This document shows, one piece after another, positions 55,013 through 64,000 of a DNA stretch of 64,000 nt (position 1 is the stretch's first letter; each line of letters opens with the position of its first letter). The position numbers and the translations under genes were made by a program. The notes under the pieces are model-generated. The model saw only the letters and a list, made by a program, of their open reading frames with translations, was not told where the DNA came from and searched no databases. The stretch is from a virus: positions 92,946-156,945 of IMG/VR virus record IMGVR_UViG_3300023176_005537; one strand, given 5' to 3'.

Positions 55013-57973
55013 ATGGCAGACGATAAAAAAATCAATAAAAATAAACTTTCTTCCAGAATTCACAGAGCAGAACAATGCCTCTTGGCTGGTAATGTTATAT
55101 CATTAACGGAGAATGATATAACTCGCCAAAAAATACAAGCAAATTTAAACTTATATGCTTGTGAAAACAAGCACCATTTTTCCTTGGGAACTCGTCCAGA
55201 CATTGTGGAGGAAACAATAGGAACAACTTTTGTAGGCTCTGGTATGCAAGAGTTTATGGATCTAGATGAAGAGGAGATTTCTTATCTGGCTCCAAGGATA
55301 AGGCTTTTTAGAGTACAAAGTGCAAAAGAAGCAGCGATACAAAAAACTAATTCAAATATTAAAAACTTACAAAATAAAAACAAGCAACAAGCTAGTGAAT
55401 ATAAGAAATCAAAAATAATACAAAGGGGCGATAAAGCTACAAAGAAATTTTATGACAGACAGTTGAAGATGGACACAAAAGAAAGAAAAGATGAAATAAA
55501 CAAAAACAAAAAAAGATTGAAAAAACTAAAATCATCTGATGAAATTCTAGAATTTAAATTTGAAAATTTTCAAAATAATGAAGATATCAACAATATTATA
55601 ACTGGAAAAAGAGACCGTGTGCAGGAAGCAGGGATTGTTAGCTGCAACTGGCGGTTGATGGGAAAAAACCCAGTTGAGGCAGAACGACAAGTCGATGTTG
55701 AAATTAAGTTTTTCTTTTCTTCAATCGAAACCCTACTTTCGAATGGCGCACCCGGAACAAATGCACCAAATTATTTAGATTTGATACCAGACTTTAAAAG
55801 AAGTGATGATTTTCAATATGACGTTCTTTTGTCGGTTGGATACGAAGTGCCAGATAAAAACTTTCAAACAATTGTTGGAAGTAAGCAAAGATATGAAAAA
55901 ATAATAAACGCGATTAAAATGTCCAACAAAGTGTTGAATTTAAAATTTACAACACAAGACATTGAATTTGATCAAACTGGTACGATCTATATGACAATTA
56001 GATACATTGGTTATATGGAAGAGAGGCTGGCAAAGATTTTATTGTTTAATGACCTTGGCCCTTCCAAGTACCAACAAGTCCAGTCAGAATATATAAAAGA
56101 AAATGAGAAAAAAGCATATAACGCAAAAGTTAAAAGCATTGCCCAGACAATTCTAAAAGCATATAGGAAATTTCCTCCTCCAAAAACTTTGTCTTCGTGG
56201 TGGTGGAAGCAGTCTGCGGTAAAAGAGGCAGAAGACAAATATAGACGGTATCAAAAAGTTTTAAATAAAATGGAGACAGTTGTGAATGCTGATTTAGCAA
56301 TTAATTTATCAGCAAAAATTGACACTTTAAAATTAATTAATCAAGAGATATATAAGTTAAAAAAAATTGCCGGCTCAACAAAGAAAGGCGCTCCAGCTAG
56401 TGAGAAAGGCCTACAATCTGGTGTTAAACAGATCACTATTAAAACACAAGAGCTTGCTCACGTTATAGGATTGAGCGATCTTAAGCAGTTTTTTGAAAAA
56501 GAGGATATCAAAAAACTTTTAAATAAAAGATCTTATAAATATTATTTAAGCTCTTTAAAGCAAGAAGAATCTGTATTGGTGCCAAGCTACTCATCTAACT
56601 CCGCTATAAAGGGGTTAGTGGATAATTTGGGAGACTTATCTAAAAACATCTCAAAAGGTAAACAAAGAACAAACAAGAAAGAGTTAAAAAAATCTTTAAA
56701 TAAAATAATATCTAAAGCATCTATTCAAAATGCCGATGCTTCAAAGCAAAAATACACAATCGAATATACTACCCTAGGTGCAATATTCGATGCTTTTATA
56801 GAAGTATGTTTAAAATCAAAAGTCAATATCGCAAAGAAGCCAGAGATAAACAATTTTTTAGAAAGGTCTAGATTTGTTTTTGGAAACATAAGAATGCTGT
56901 CATACCAAAGGGACGGCTCTTCAAAAGAAGTTATTGTTTCTTTAAACGATTTCCCAGTTTCTGTTAAGTATTTTAATGCTTGGTTTTTAAACACAATTGT
57001 TGATGGAGGATCTAAATCTTTAAGCTTATTAAGAGCTTTCAATTCCTTTGTCTCAAAATTAGTAGTTTCCAGTGTTGGTTCAAGTTGTTTTCGAAATCAA
57101 GACACAGACTTTAAATCTTTTCCTAGAAATAGTATAAGTGTGAGTTCGCATTTTATTAACAGCGATCTAGACCCCTTTACCTATCAAATGGGCAAGCAAA
57201 AATTATCAGAACTTCCAACAGACGAAAAAAGATTAGGTGGTTCTTTCTTTCTTAAAATGATTAGGAAATATGATCAAGAGAGGTTGATACATGAAAACTA
57301 TAAGTCAATATTTCATTATGTGATTATTGGCGCTAGGAATTCGTTTTTATCATCTAGACAGCAAAATATTATAAATGATTCTAAAACTGGAATTTTTCAC
57401 TTTTTCCTAGGAAGGGACAATGGTTTGGTTAAAACTATAAACTTCTCCAAGGCAGACCAAAAGTATTTAGAAGAAGTGAATTTAACTCGCCAAAACACAA
57501 ATACAAGATTAGAGACATTTAGAAGAATTTACAATGCACAAATAGAACTGTTCGGAAATTCTGCGTTTATCCCCGGACAAATGATTTATATCAATGCGGA
57601 TTCGATATCTAAAAACTCTAATATTGCCTTGGATTTAGGTTTGGGAGGATATTTTGTTATAACAGAAGTTTCAAACTCTTTTGAAGGGGGTGCTTACAAT
57701 ACTAGTTTGAAATGTATTTGGGTTGGCTTTGGCAGAGGGGGTCGATTAAAATACGGCTCTGCCGGGCGGCAAAAAGGACAATCCGCTTCTGATGTATTTT
57801 CAGAATTAAATGCCATTTCAGATATTGTGTTCAAGATAGCTAGAGCTTCAAACGTTAAAAATAAAGGAACAGTCATATTCACAAAAACATCAGTCGTCTC
57901 CCATGCCGAATCTTATAGAGAATATCTATATGAACAGTTTAAAAAAATATACCCAGATGTAGATCTCAAGTAA
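55013..57973 (+). CDS. Large baseplate hub protein (gp27/gpD-like C-terminus)
   Basis: AQIELFGN..F.PGQMIYI...GLGGYFVITEVSNSF..G.YNTSL; Lys-rich insertions. Confidence 0.6.
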   Translation: MADDKKINKNKLSSRIHRAEQCLLAGNVISLTENDITRQKIQANLNLYACENKHHFSLGTRPDIVEETIGTTFVGSGMQEFMDLDEEEISYLAPRIRLFRVQSAKEAAIQKTNSNIKNLQNKNKQQASEYKKSKIIQRGDKATKKFYDRQLKMDTKERKDEINKNKKRLKKLKSSDEILEFKFENFQNNEDINNIITGKRDRVQEAGIVSCNWRLMGKNPVEAERQVDVEIKFFFSSIETLLSNGAPGTNAPNYLDLIPDFKRSDDFQYDVLLSVGYEVPDKNFQTIVGSKQRYEKIINAIKMSNKVLNLKFTTQDIEFDQTGTIYMTIRYIGYMEERLAKILLFNDLGPSKYQQVQSEYIKENEKKAYNAKVKSIAQTILKAYRKFPPPKTLSSWWWKQSAVKEAEDKYRRYQKVLNKMETVVNADLAINLSAKIDTLKLINQEIYKLKKIAGSTKKGAPASEKGLQSGVKQITIKTQELAHVIGLSDLKQFFEKEDIKKLLNKRSYKYYLSSLKQEESVLVPSYSSNSAIKGLVDNLGDLSKNISKGKQRTNKKELKKSLNKIISKASIQNADASKQKYTIEYTTLGAIFDAFIEVCLKSKVNIAKKPEINNFLERSRFVFGNIRMLSYQRDGSSKEVIVSLNDFPVSVKYFNAWFLNTIVDGGSKSLSLLRAFNSFVSKLVVSSVGSSCFRNQDTDFKSFPRNSISVSSHFINSDLDPFTYQMGKQKLSELPTDEKRLGGSFFLKMIRKYDQERLIHENYKSIFHYVIIGARNSFLSSRQQNIINDSKTGIFHFFLGRDNGLVKTINFSKADQKYLEEVNLTRQNTNTRLETFRRIYNAQIELFGNSAFIPGQMIYINADSISKNSNIALDLGLGGYFVITEVSNSFEGGAYNTSLKCIWVGFGRGGRLKYGSAGRQKGQSASDVFSELNAISDIVFKIARASNVKNKGTVIFTKTSVVSHAESYREYLYEQFKKIYPDVDLK

Positions 57974-57985
57974 GGAACTAATCAA

Positions 57986-59296
57986 ATGGAAAAGTTTGAT
58001 CTTGATAAGATCAATTTAGATCTTAGCGAAAATTATACAAACGATGTTATTCCTTCAAACCAGTCCAACCAATCTTCCTTGAAAGAAGCATTTGTTGAAA
58101 GACTAAAGTTTATCAAAGGAGGCTCTCCAATCCTTCTTCCTGATGGCTTTGATTTTGTCAAAACAGGATTTTACTTTGGGAAAGTAAACGAAAAAGGACA
58201 AGTTATAATCCCAAAAAGATCTTCTTTTCAATTGGTTGATCCAAAATTCACAGATGACGAAGAGATCTACCTTAACAAAGACCTTTATAACATATATCAA
58301 AATTTTTATGATATAAGAAAATATGACTTTGCAATAGGCAAAAACCAAATTGATTTATTCTCAGAAGTTTTTCTTATTCAAAAGGGGGCACAACTTCCAG
58401 AAGAAGTAGAAGAAGATTATTTGGATTTTGCTTCTGATCTGATCTTGGATAAGTTTGAAGATTTTATCTTGGGAACACCCTTAGATCAAGCTTCCAACTT
58501 TGATCTTTTTATAAAAACAATCTATTCACTTTTCAAAGAACAAAGAATAGGCCCTGAGATCTTATATTCAAATTACATTCTTTCTTTTCGTAATTCAATG
58601 TTAAATTCAGGACTTGGGTTTGAAATCGGAGATGCTAATGCACCTTACGATAACAATGAATTTAAGTTTGATAACTTTTATAGAATCCCGCAGTATGGTG
58701 GATTGGTTTGTCTTTGTTATCTTTCCGGTATGAGATATGACAAAAATGTTCCTTGGCGGTTTTTTATGGATTTTAACTTATCTTCAACAAAAAGTCAATT
58801 AAAAAATAAACAATTAAAAGATTACTTCGAGGAAAACTTCGAAGTTGTCGAAGGTAGCTACAAAGAATTTGAACTTTTGTATTATTCTTTTTTCAAAGCT
58901 TATTTGAAAATATTAAAGCAATATTCTTTGATCTTTAAATCTGAACAAATTGTTAAATCTTGTTCTAAATCAAATACTAAAATCAATAGATCTTATTCTA
59001 TTCAAAGAAAGATCTTAACAGAATATGAATACCAAGATTATTATATTCAAAATTATTTGATAAACAATAATTTAATTTATTATTATTCAGATCTTTTAAG
59101 TTTTATTTTTAAAAGTAATAAGAATATAAATAAATTAAAATTTAATATAGAAAGAATTTTGAAAAAAGGTCTTGACAGGAAGTCAGTCATCGAGTATACT
59201 TACAACACGCTCAAAAATTGTTCCAAACAGACACGGAGGAAAAATGTACTTTCAAACACTTCAAAACAAGGTATTTCTTCAAGGTCAAGTTATTGA
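57986..59296 (+). CDS. Hypothetical protein
   Basis: 436-aa ORF; very AT-rich 3' part overlaps the promoter and start of the polymerase gene. Confidence 0.55.
   Translation: MEKFDLDKINLDLSENYTNDVIPSNQSNQSSLKEAFVERLKFIKGGSPILLPDGFDFVKTGFYFGKVNEKGQVIIPKRSSFQLVDPKFTDDEEIYLNKDLYNIYQNFYDIRKYDFAIGKNQIDLFSEVFLIQKGAQLPEEVEEDYLDFASDLILDKFEDFILGTPLDQASNFDLFIKTIYSLFKEQRIGPEILYSNYILSFRNSMLNSGLGFEIGDANAPYDNNEFKFDNFYRIPQYGGLVCLCYLSGMRYDKNVPWRFFMDFNLSSTKSQLKNKQLKDYFEENFEVVEGSYKEFELLYYSFFKAYLKILKQYSLIFKSEQIVKSCSKSNTKINRSYSIQRKILTEYEYQDYYIQNYLINNNLIYYYSDLLSFIFKSNKNINKLKFNIERILKKGLDRKSVIEYTYNTLKNCSKQTRRKNVLSNTSKQGISSRSSY
59172..59200 (+). promoter_or_regulatory. Sigma70 promoter for the replication block
   Basis: TTGACA (59172-77), 17 nt, TATACT (59195-200); GGAGG RBS at 59235. 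Confidence 0.8.
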
Positions 59297-60389
59297 CTAC
59301 ATCCCCAAGTCCGCAAACAAAACTTGGGAGTTCAACCCCAAGCTTAATCGTCCCTCCGCCAAATACGGCATTGTTCTGACAGAAGGCCAATCTCTTTCCG
59401 AAGTTTGCCCTGCCACCATTTCGAAAGAATGGGAAGAATGTCAGAAAAGAATGAAAGCATTCCTCAAATCTTTCCAGCACGTTGGATGCGATCCAACAAA
59501 AATGAACGTTCACACGATTTTTCCTTTTGACTTGATCAATAAGTATTTTACCCTGAAACAAGAAATTTGTCAACATGTATTTGAAACTTTTGAAGAAAAA
59601 GAAAACAACGACTTGATGACAGGCATCTACGGGCTTTGCTCCAAGATCGCAGAAAAGGATCTGAACATCAATCTTTCCAACATTCCCTTTCATTTGAGGA
59701 AAAAGTTTGAAGGAGTTCCAACTAGGGTCAAATACAACCCTTTCAAGAGCGTTACAGGCCGTTTAACGACGAAGAAAGGCTCTTTCCCTATACTGACCCT
59801 CAAAAAAGAATTGAGGGGCCTTGTTGAGCCTTATAGGGCCTGTTTTGTTGAACTGGATTTCAACGCTGCTGAATTGAGAACTTTCTTGGCTTTGGCCGAG
59901 CAAGAGCAGCCGGAAGGCGATCTTCACTCTTGGATCGCAGAAGAGGTATTTGGTGGAGAATTCACTAGAGAAAAGTCAAAGCAAAAAACATTTGCTTGGT
60001 TTTACAATCCCGAAAAAGAAAACAAAGCTTTGGAAAAGATCTTCAACAGAAAAAAGATCTTGCAAAGATGGTATAAAGATGGTATAATAACAACTCCATT
60101 TGGAAGGAAAATAGAAGCAGATCAACATCACGCTCTAAATTACCTTATTCAATCAACAACATCTGATCTTTTCATGGAGCAAGTTTTGAAAATTGACAAA
60201 ATGCTGGAAGGGAGGAGATCTGATGTGGCTTTTACTATTCACGATTCTTTGGTTATTGATTTCGACTTGGAAGATATGGAGATTGTCCAAAGCATACTTG
60301 GAAGGTTCCAAGAAACAAGGTTTGGGAAATTCAAAACAAATATTGCCGGCGGAAGAAACTTCGGACAAATGAAGGAAATGGACATATGA
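59244..60389 (+). CDS. Minimal family A DNA polymerase-like protein
   Basis: Start reassigned to ATG 59244; TGRL; motif A DFNAAELR; motif B REKSKQKTFAWFY; NYLIQS; motif C IHDSLVID. Confidence 0.85.
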   Translation: MYFQTLQNKVFLQGQVIDYIPKSANKTWEFNPKLNRPSAKYGIVLTEGQSLSEVCPATISKEWEECQKRMKAFLKSFQHVGCDPTKMNVHTIFPFDLINKYFTLKQEICQHVFETFEEKENNDLMTGIYGLCSKIAEKDLNINLSNIPFHLRKKFEGVPTRVKYNPFKSVTGRLTTKKGSFPILTLKKELRGLVEPYRACFVELDFNAAELRTFLALAEQEQPEGDLHSWIAEEVFGGEFTREKSKQKTFAWFYNPEKENKALEKIFNRKKILQRWYKDGIITTPFGRKIEADQHHALNYLIQSTTSDLFMEQVLKIDKMLEGRRSDVAFTIHDSLVIDFDLEDMEIVQSILGRFQETRFGKFKTNIAGGRNFGQMKEMDI

Positions 60390-61060
60390 AAAAGATTGTT
60401 ATCTCTCTTGATTGCCCTATGCAAAAAGCAATTAAGATTATGAAGCAAACAGGAGATATGGAAGAGGTTTATGGTTATAAGATTGGATTTCATCTTGTTT
60501 TTACATTTGGTTTGATCCGTTGTGTGAATGAGGTAAAGTTCAGAGCGCCAAACAAGAAAGTGATCTATGATCATCAAAAAGGAGGAAACGACATCCCACA
60601 AATGGGAATGAACTTTGCTTCTGCTATGAAAATGGCTGGCGTTGATGAAGCGATCTTGTTTCCTTTTGCTGGACCGGACTCTTTGGACTTTTGGTTGAAG
60701 GAATTGAAAAAAAGAAACATTGAAACAATTGTTGGCGGCAAAATGACTCATCAAGGGTTTTCGAAAGAAGAAGGGGGCTTCTTTTCTGATGAAGATTCTT
60801 TGAAGATTTACAAGCAAGCAGCAGAGTTTGGAGTGAAAAGGTTTGTTCTTCCTCCAAGTAAACACGAATTTTACAAGAAAGTTTCAAGCATCTTGGGAGA
60901 AGATAGGATCATCTACTCTCCGGGGTTTGGAGCGCAAGGCTGCGAAGAAAACTCATTCACAGATTATCCTATTATTGGAAGAAGCATTTACAATTCCGAA
61001 GACCCAAAAGAAAGTGTTTTGGAATGGTATGAAAAACTTTGCAAGGAAGAGAAACAATGA
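60386..61060 (+). CDS. pyrF: Orotidine-5'-phosphate decarboxylase (divergent)
   Basis: ISLD, YKIG, DHQKGGNDIP, SPGFGAQG, IIGRSIY...DP. Confidence 0.8.
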   Translation: MKKIVISLDCPMQKAIKIMKQTGDMEEVYGYKIGFHLVFTFGLIRCVNEVKFRAPNKKVIYDHQKGGNDIPQMGMNFASAMKMAGVDEAILFPFAGPDSLDFWLKELKKRNIETIVGGKMTHQGFSKEEGGFFSDEDSLKIYKQAAEFGVKRFVLPPSKHEFYKKVSSILGEDRIIYSPGFGAQGCEENSFTDYPIIGRSIYNSEDPKESVLEWYEKLCKEEKQ

Positions 61061-61872
61061 ATGTGATTGGTTTGGGCAACTGTGGTTGTAATATCGCAGA
61101 AAAGTTTAAACAATATCCTCAATACAATCTTTATCTTTTCGACACAGAAAGAAGGGAAGGGGGCTTTCTGATCGAAGAAAGAGGATCGCATAAGGAATAT
61201 GAAGATCATTTCAATATTCAAGTTGTTCCAAGACACTCCGAGACTCTTTTCTTTGTTTCAACTTCCGGAACAATCTCCGGATGTTCCTTGAAGATCTTGG
61301 AGCAATTCAAAGAAACAGAGATCAGGATAGTTCTGATCATTCCAGAAGAAGATCAACTTTATGAGAAGTATTCCTTACAGCACAGACTGATCTTCAACGC
61401 CTTGCAGGACTATGCAAGGTCTGGTGTGTTCAAGGATATTATCTTGATTTCAAATGAGAAATTAGAAAGTTCAATTTCAGGCTTGACATTCATGAACAAG
61501 TTTGATAAGATTAATGACGTAATCAGCTATTCGATCCATATGCTGAATTACTTTGAGAACACAAAGCCGATCACAGCAACAAAGTTCTCTTCAATGGAAA
61601 GAAATAGGATCTTGTCAATTGGATCATATGATTTTGAAAATAATTCTGAAAATGATTATTTTTTGCTTGACAATCAAAATGAGTTTTGGTATTATATGTC
61701 CATCAACAAAGAAAGGCTTGAAAAAGATGTTGATCTTATTTCGCTGATCAAAGGCAACTTTAAAGAAAAGAAGAATTTTTGTTATAAGATTTATCCGAAT
61801 GAATCTGGTTATGATTTTGGTTTGATTGTAAAAAAAACACACTTCCATCAAGGAATAAACTTAGGAGAGTAA
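61057..61872 (+). CDS. Divergent tubulin/FtsZ-family protein (PhuZ/TubZ-like)
   Basis: ATG 61057; VIGLGNCGCNIA (T1 loop), STSGTISG (degenerate GGGTGSG), IILISNEKL, FDKINDVI. Confidence 0.7.
   Translation: MNVIGLGNCGCNIAEKFKQYPQYNLYLFDTERREGGFLIEERGSHKEYEDHFNIQVVPRHSETLFFVSTSGTISGCSLKILEQFKETEIRIVLIIPEEDQLYEKYSLQHRLIFNALQDYARSGVFKDIILISNEKLESSISGLTFMNKFDKINDVISYSIHMLNYFENTKPITATKFSSMERNRILSIGSYDFENNSENDYFLLDNQNEFWYYMSINKERLEKDVDLISLIKGNFKEKKNFCYKIYPNESGYDFGLIVKKTHFHQGINLGE
61667..61695 (+). promoter_or_regulatory. Sigma70-like promoter inside the tubulin-like gene
   Basis: TTGACA (61667-72), 17 nt, TATTAT (61690-95) with extended TG. Confidence 0.45.
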
Positions 61873-61873
61873 A

Positions 61874-62125
61874 ATGAAGTTCAATGTTTATCACGGTTCG
61901 TTTAAAAAGAAAGATGGCTCTGTTCGAAGTATGAAGTTTGTGAAGCTGGATGAGATTCCAAAAGAAGCTCTTCCCGAAGGGAAAGGTGGAAAGAAAGCAA
62001 AACTCCAAGAAGGGATGGAGTTGGTTTGGGATATTGAGAACAATGGTTACAGAGTGATTAATCATAATACTCTATTGGGTGAATTGGTTTCTTATCATAT
62101 GTCTGGAACTTTGAATTTGAAATAA
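61874..62125 (+). CDS. Small WYL/SH3-like domain protein
   Basis: FKKKDGSVRSM...VWDIENNGYRVIN. Confidence 0.65.
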   Translation: MKFNVYHGSFKKKDGSVRSMKFVKLDEIPKEALPEGKGGKKAKLQEGMELVWDIENNGYRVINHNTLLGELVSYHMSGTLNLK

Positions 62126-62139
62126 TTTGAAAAAAGTTC

Positions 62140-62168
62140 TTGACTTTTTGAATTCGTTTTGATATGAT
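62140..62168 (+). promoter_or_regulatory. Sigma70 promoter upstream of SSB
   Basis: TTGACT (62140-45), 17 nt, TATGAT (62163-68) with extended TG; intergenic. Confidence 0.75.
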
Positions 62169-62211
62169 ATTACACAAGCTCGAAGCTGTTAACAACACAA
62201 AGGAGAAAACA

Positions 62212-62943
62212 ATGGCTATTGACATGAAAAAAATGAGAGAAAAGTACAACCGCTTGAAAAACAAAGGAGGCGGTAAAGACAATCTTTTCTGGAAACCGGA
62301 AGATGGAGAGCAAACCATTCGTATTCTGCCCACTTCGGATGGCGATCCGTTCAAAGAGTTTTGGTTCTATTACGGACTGGATAAAGCTCCTACTCTTTGC
62401 CCGAAGCGTAACTTTGGTGATGAGTCCCCTGTTTTGGACTTTGCATCCGAACTTTATCGCGAAGGCACTCCGGAGTCTATTGAAATGGCTAAAAAGCTGT
62501 TTCCAAAGCAAAGGTTCTTCTCGCCTGTCCTCGTTCGAGGAAAAGAAGAAGAAGGTGTGAAGATTTGGGGTTACTCCAAAACTGTTTATGAGCAACTGCT
62601 TCAATTGGTTTTGAACCCCGACTACGGTGATATTACCGATACTGACACTGGAACTGATTTGGTTCTTGCCTACGGTAAAGCACCGGGAGCGATGTTCCCT
62701 TCTACCACTCTCACTCCGAAGCGTCGAGCTTCGAAAGCATGCGAAGATGGTGATGAGGAATGCGCTCAACTTCTGGAAGCTATTCCGGATTTTGATGGCC
62801 TTTTCGAAAGAAAAACCACACAAGATGTTCAAGCACTGCTTGATAGGTATCTTGCTGGTGGAGACAAAGACGAAGTTGAGAAATACTCTTCTAATGTCGA
62901 AGACAAAGTTGGAAAGGCTTTCAACGAACTTCTTGGAGGTTGA
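62212..62943 (+). CDS. Single-stranded DNA-binding protein (gp32-like)
   Basis: ATG 62212 after AAGGAG; FWKP..G...IRILP; GVKIWGY.K; DITD..TGTD; acidic tail. Confidence 0.8.
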   Translation: MAIDMKKMREKYNRLKNKGGGKDNLFWKPEDGEQTIRILPTSDGDPFKEFWFYYGLDKAPTLCPKRNFGDESPVLDFASELYREGTPESIEMAKKLFPKQRFFSPVLVRGKEEEGVKIWGYSKTVYEQLLQLVLNPDYGDITDTDTGTDLVLAYGKAPGAMFPSTTLTPKRRASKACEDGDEECAQLLEAIPDFDGLFERKTTQDVQALLDRYLAGGDKDEVEKYSSNVEDKVGKAFNELLGG

Positions 62944-62946
62944 TAA

Positions 62947-64000
62947 ATGACCGCTGGTAAAGTAGACATGGATGTGTACCGCAAACTACTGAATAAAAAG
63001 GTAGGCATGACGGTTGCACACAACCTCAACAAAGAAAATCCAACAGAAGTCAAAGAGTGGATTCCCACCGGCTCACGCTGGTTGGACTCTATCATTTGCA
63101 GAGGGCAGTTGGCTGGGATTCCTGTTGGAAAGATCACGGAGATTGCAGGACTTGAAGCTAGTGGGAAAAGCTTCATGGCTGCACAAATTGCTGGTAATGC
63201 ACAAAAGATGGGCATTAGAGTTGCTTACTTTGACGCTGAATCGGCAATTGATCCTACTTTCTTGGCAAAAGCTGGTTGCAATGTTGATGACTTGCTTTAT
63301 GTCCAAGCAGCATCTGTTGAAAAAGTATTCGAAATGATTGAAACTCTTTTGGCAGATGAAGAGAAATGGCTGTTTATTTGGGATTCCCTAGCACACACTC
63401 CTGCGGAGAAAGATGTTGAAGGTGACTTCAACCCTCAATCTTCTATGGCAATGAAAGCTAGGATTCTTTCCAAAGCCTTCTCGAAGGTGACAATTCCTTT
63501 GGCGAACACACAATCAACTTTCTTGATTGTTAATCAGCTTAAAACGAATATCACCAGCAATATTGCAGAAGCTTTGACTACTCCTTACTTCACACCGGGA
63601 GGTAAAGCTGCTCATTACACCTATTCTTTGAGAATCTGGCTTACTGCCAGAAAAGCAAAGGCTGCTTACATTTTGGACTCTAACGGTGTTAGGATTGGTT
63701 CTGAAGTGAAAGTTAAACTTGAAAAGTCTCGCTTTGGTTCCGCTGGAAGGACTTGCAATTTTAAATTGCTTTGGGGCCAACAGGTTGGAATTCAAGACGA
63801 GGAAAGTTGGCTTGATGCCATCAAAGGCTCTGAAAGGCTGAAAGCCGGAGGAGCTTGGTACACTCTGACTTCGAAAGAAGGAAGAGAGTTTAAGTTTCAA
63901 GGAAAACAATGGGTCGAGAAACTTCAAGACCCAGAGTTCAGACAAGTTATCTTTGACGTTATGGATGAACATGTAATCTATAAACCAGCCGAAGATAGCG
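62947..64000 (+). CDS. recA: RecA/UvsX recombinase, 3'-truncated (absent from the ORF track)
   Basis: My translation: IPTGSRWLD, GIPVGKITEIAGLEASGKS (Walker A), YFDAESAID, FIWDSLA, IVNQL, TPGGKA; no stop before the window end. Confidence 0.95.
   Translation, partial: MTAGKVDMDVYRKLLNKKVGMTVAHNLNKENPTEVKEWIPTGSRWLDSIICRGQLAGIPVGKITEIAGLEASGKSFMAAQIAGNAQKMGIRVAYFDAESAIDPTFLAKAGCNVDDLLYVQAASVEKVFEMIETLLADEEKWLFIWDSLAHTPAEKDVEGDFNPQSSMAMKARILSKAFSKVTIPLANTQSTFLIVNQLKTNITSNIAEALTTPYFTPGGKAAHYTYSLRIWLTARKAKAAYILDSNGVRIGSEVKVKLEKSRFGSAGRTCNFKLLWGQQVGIQDEESWLDAIKGSERLKAGGAWYTLTSKEGREFKFQGKQWVEKLQDPEFRQVIFDVMDEHVIYKPAEDS

Noticed and set aside
44034-57973. Bacterial contractile injection system or tailocin
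   Set aside because: Contiguous with capsid, portal, terminase and replication genes, so it is a phage tail
59172-59243. N-terminal extensions in the ORF track (also 28366, 29299, 30627, 61039, 62164)
   Set aside because: These upstream starts fall in promoters or overlap other genes; downstream starts have RBS and translational coupling
61057-61872. Phage-nucleus (chimallin) system implied by the tubulin
   Set aside because: No chimallin-like or multisubunit RNAP gene recognised; head genes are T4-like and promoters are host sigma70 type
1-64000. Genome-wide stop-codon reassignment (TAG or TGA)
   Set aside because: Core genes are intact in the standard code; TAG (18749, 27678, 31004) and TGA end genes cleanly before the next RBS/start
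1-64000. CRISPR array, tRNA/rRNA, integrase or transposase
   Set aside because: No spaced repeats, cloverleaf or recombinase motifs seen; intergenic gaps are too short. A tRNAscan/Infernal run would be the formal check

Overview
Part of the genome of a large T4-like (myovirus, probably jumbo-class) bacteriophage. It is AT-rich, gene-dense, uses the standard bacterial code, and every credible gene is on the + strand. Order: baseplate/tail structural genes (1-16.8 kb); a RuvC / primase / fused SbcD-SbcC block (16.8-22.3 kb); an accessory late cluster with a putative lysis cassette (22.3-31 kb); the head module (terminase, portal, prohead protease, ribosomal protein bS21, fibre/lectin genes, scaffold, major capsid protein; 31-44 kb); neck, sheath, tube, chaperone, tape measure and hub genes (44-59 kb); then a replication block (minimal PolA, pyrF, divergent tubulin, SSB, RecA running off the end). 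Two promoter classes are visible: sigma70-type TTGACA-17-TATAAT before replication genes and a CTATTTAT motif before structural genes. The most interesting signal is a shared ~19-aa N-terminal leader (MKIxKxxLxKIIKEExxxE) on otherwise unrelated proteins (ArdA-like, HAD phosphatase, HExxH peptidase, a Pro-rich unknown). Nearby multi-module proteins are punctuated by T4 gp21-type L/I-x-E sites. I infer a modular capsid-loading system for injected effectors. Two candidate recoding sites were also seen: a T7 slippery site before the tape measure gene and an in-frame TAG plus hairpin before the prohead protease. All protein calls come from motifs and synteny recognised by eye; no searches were run.
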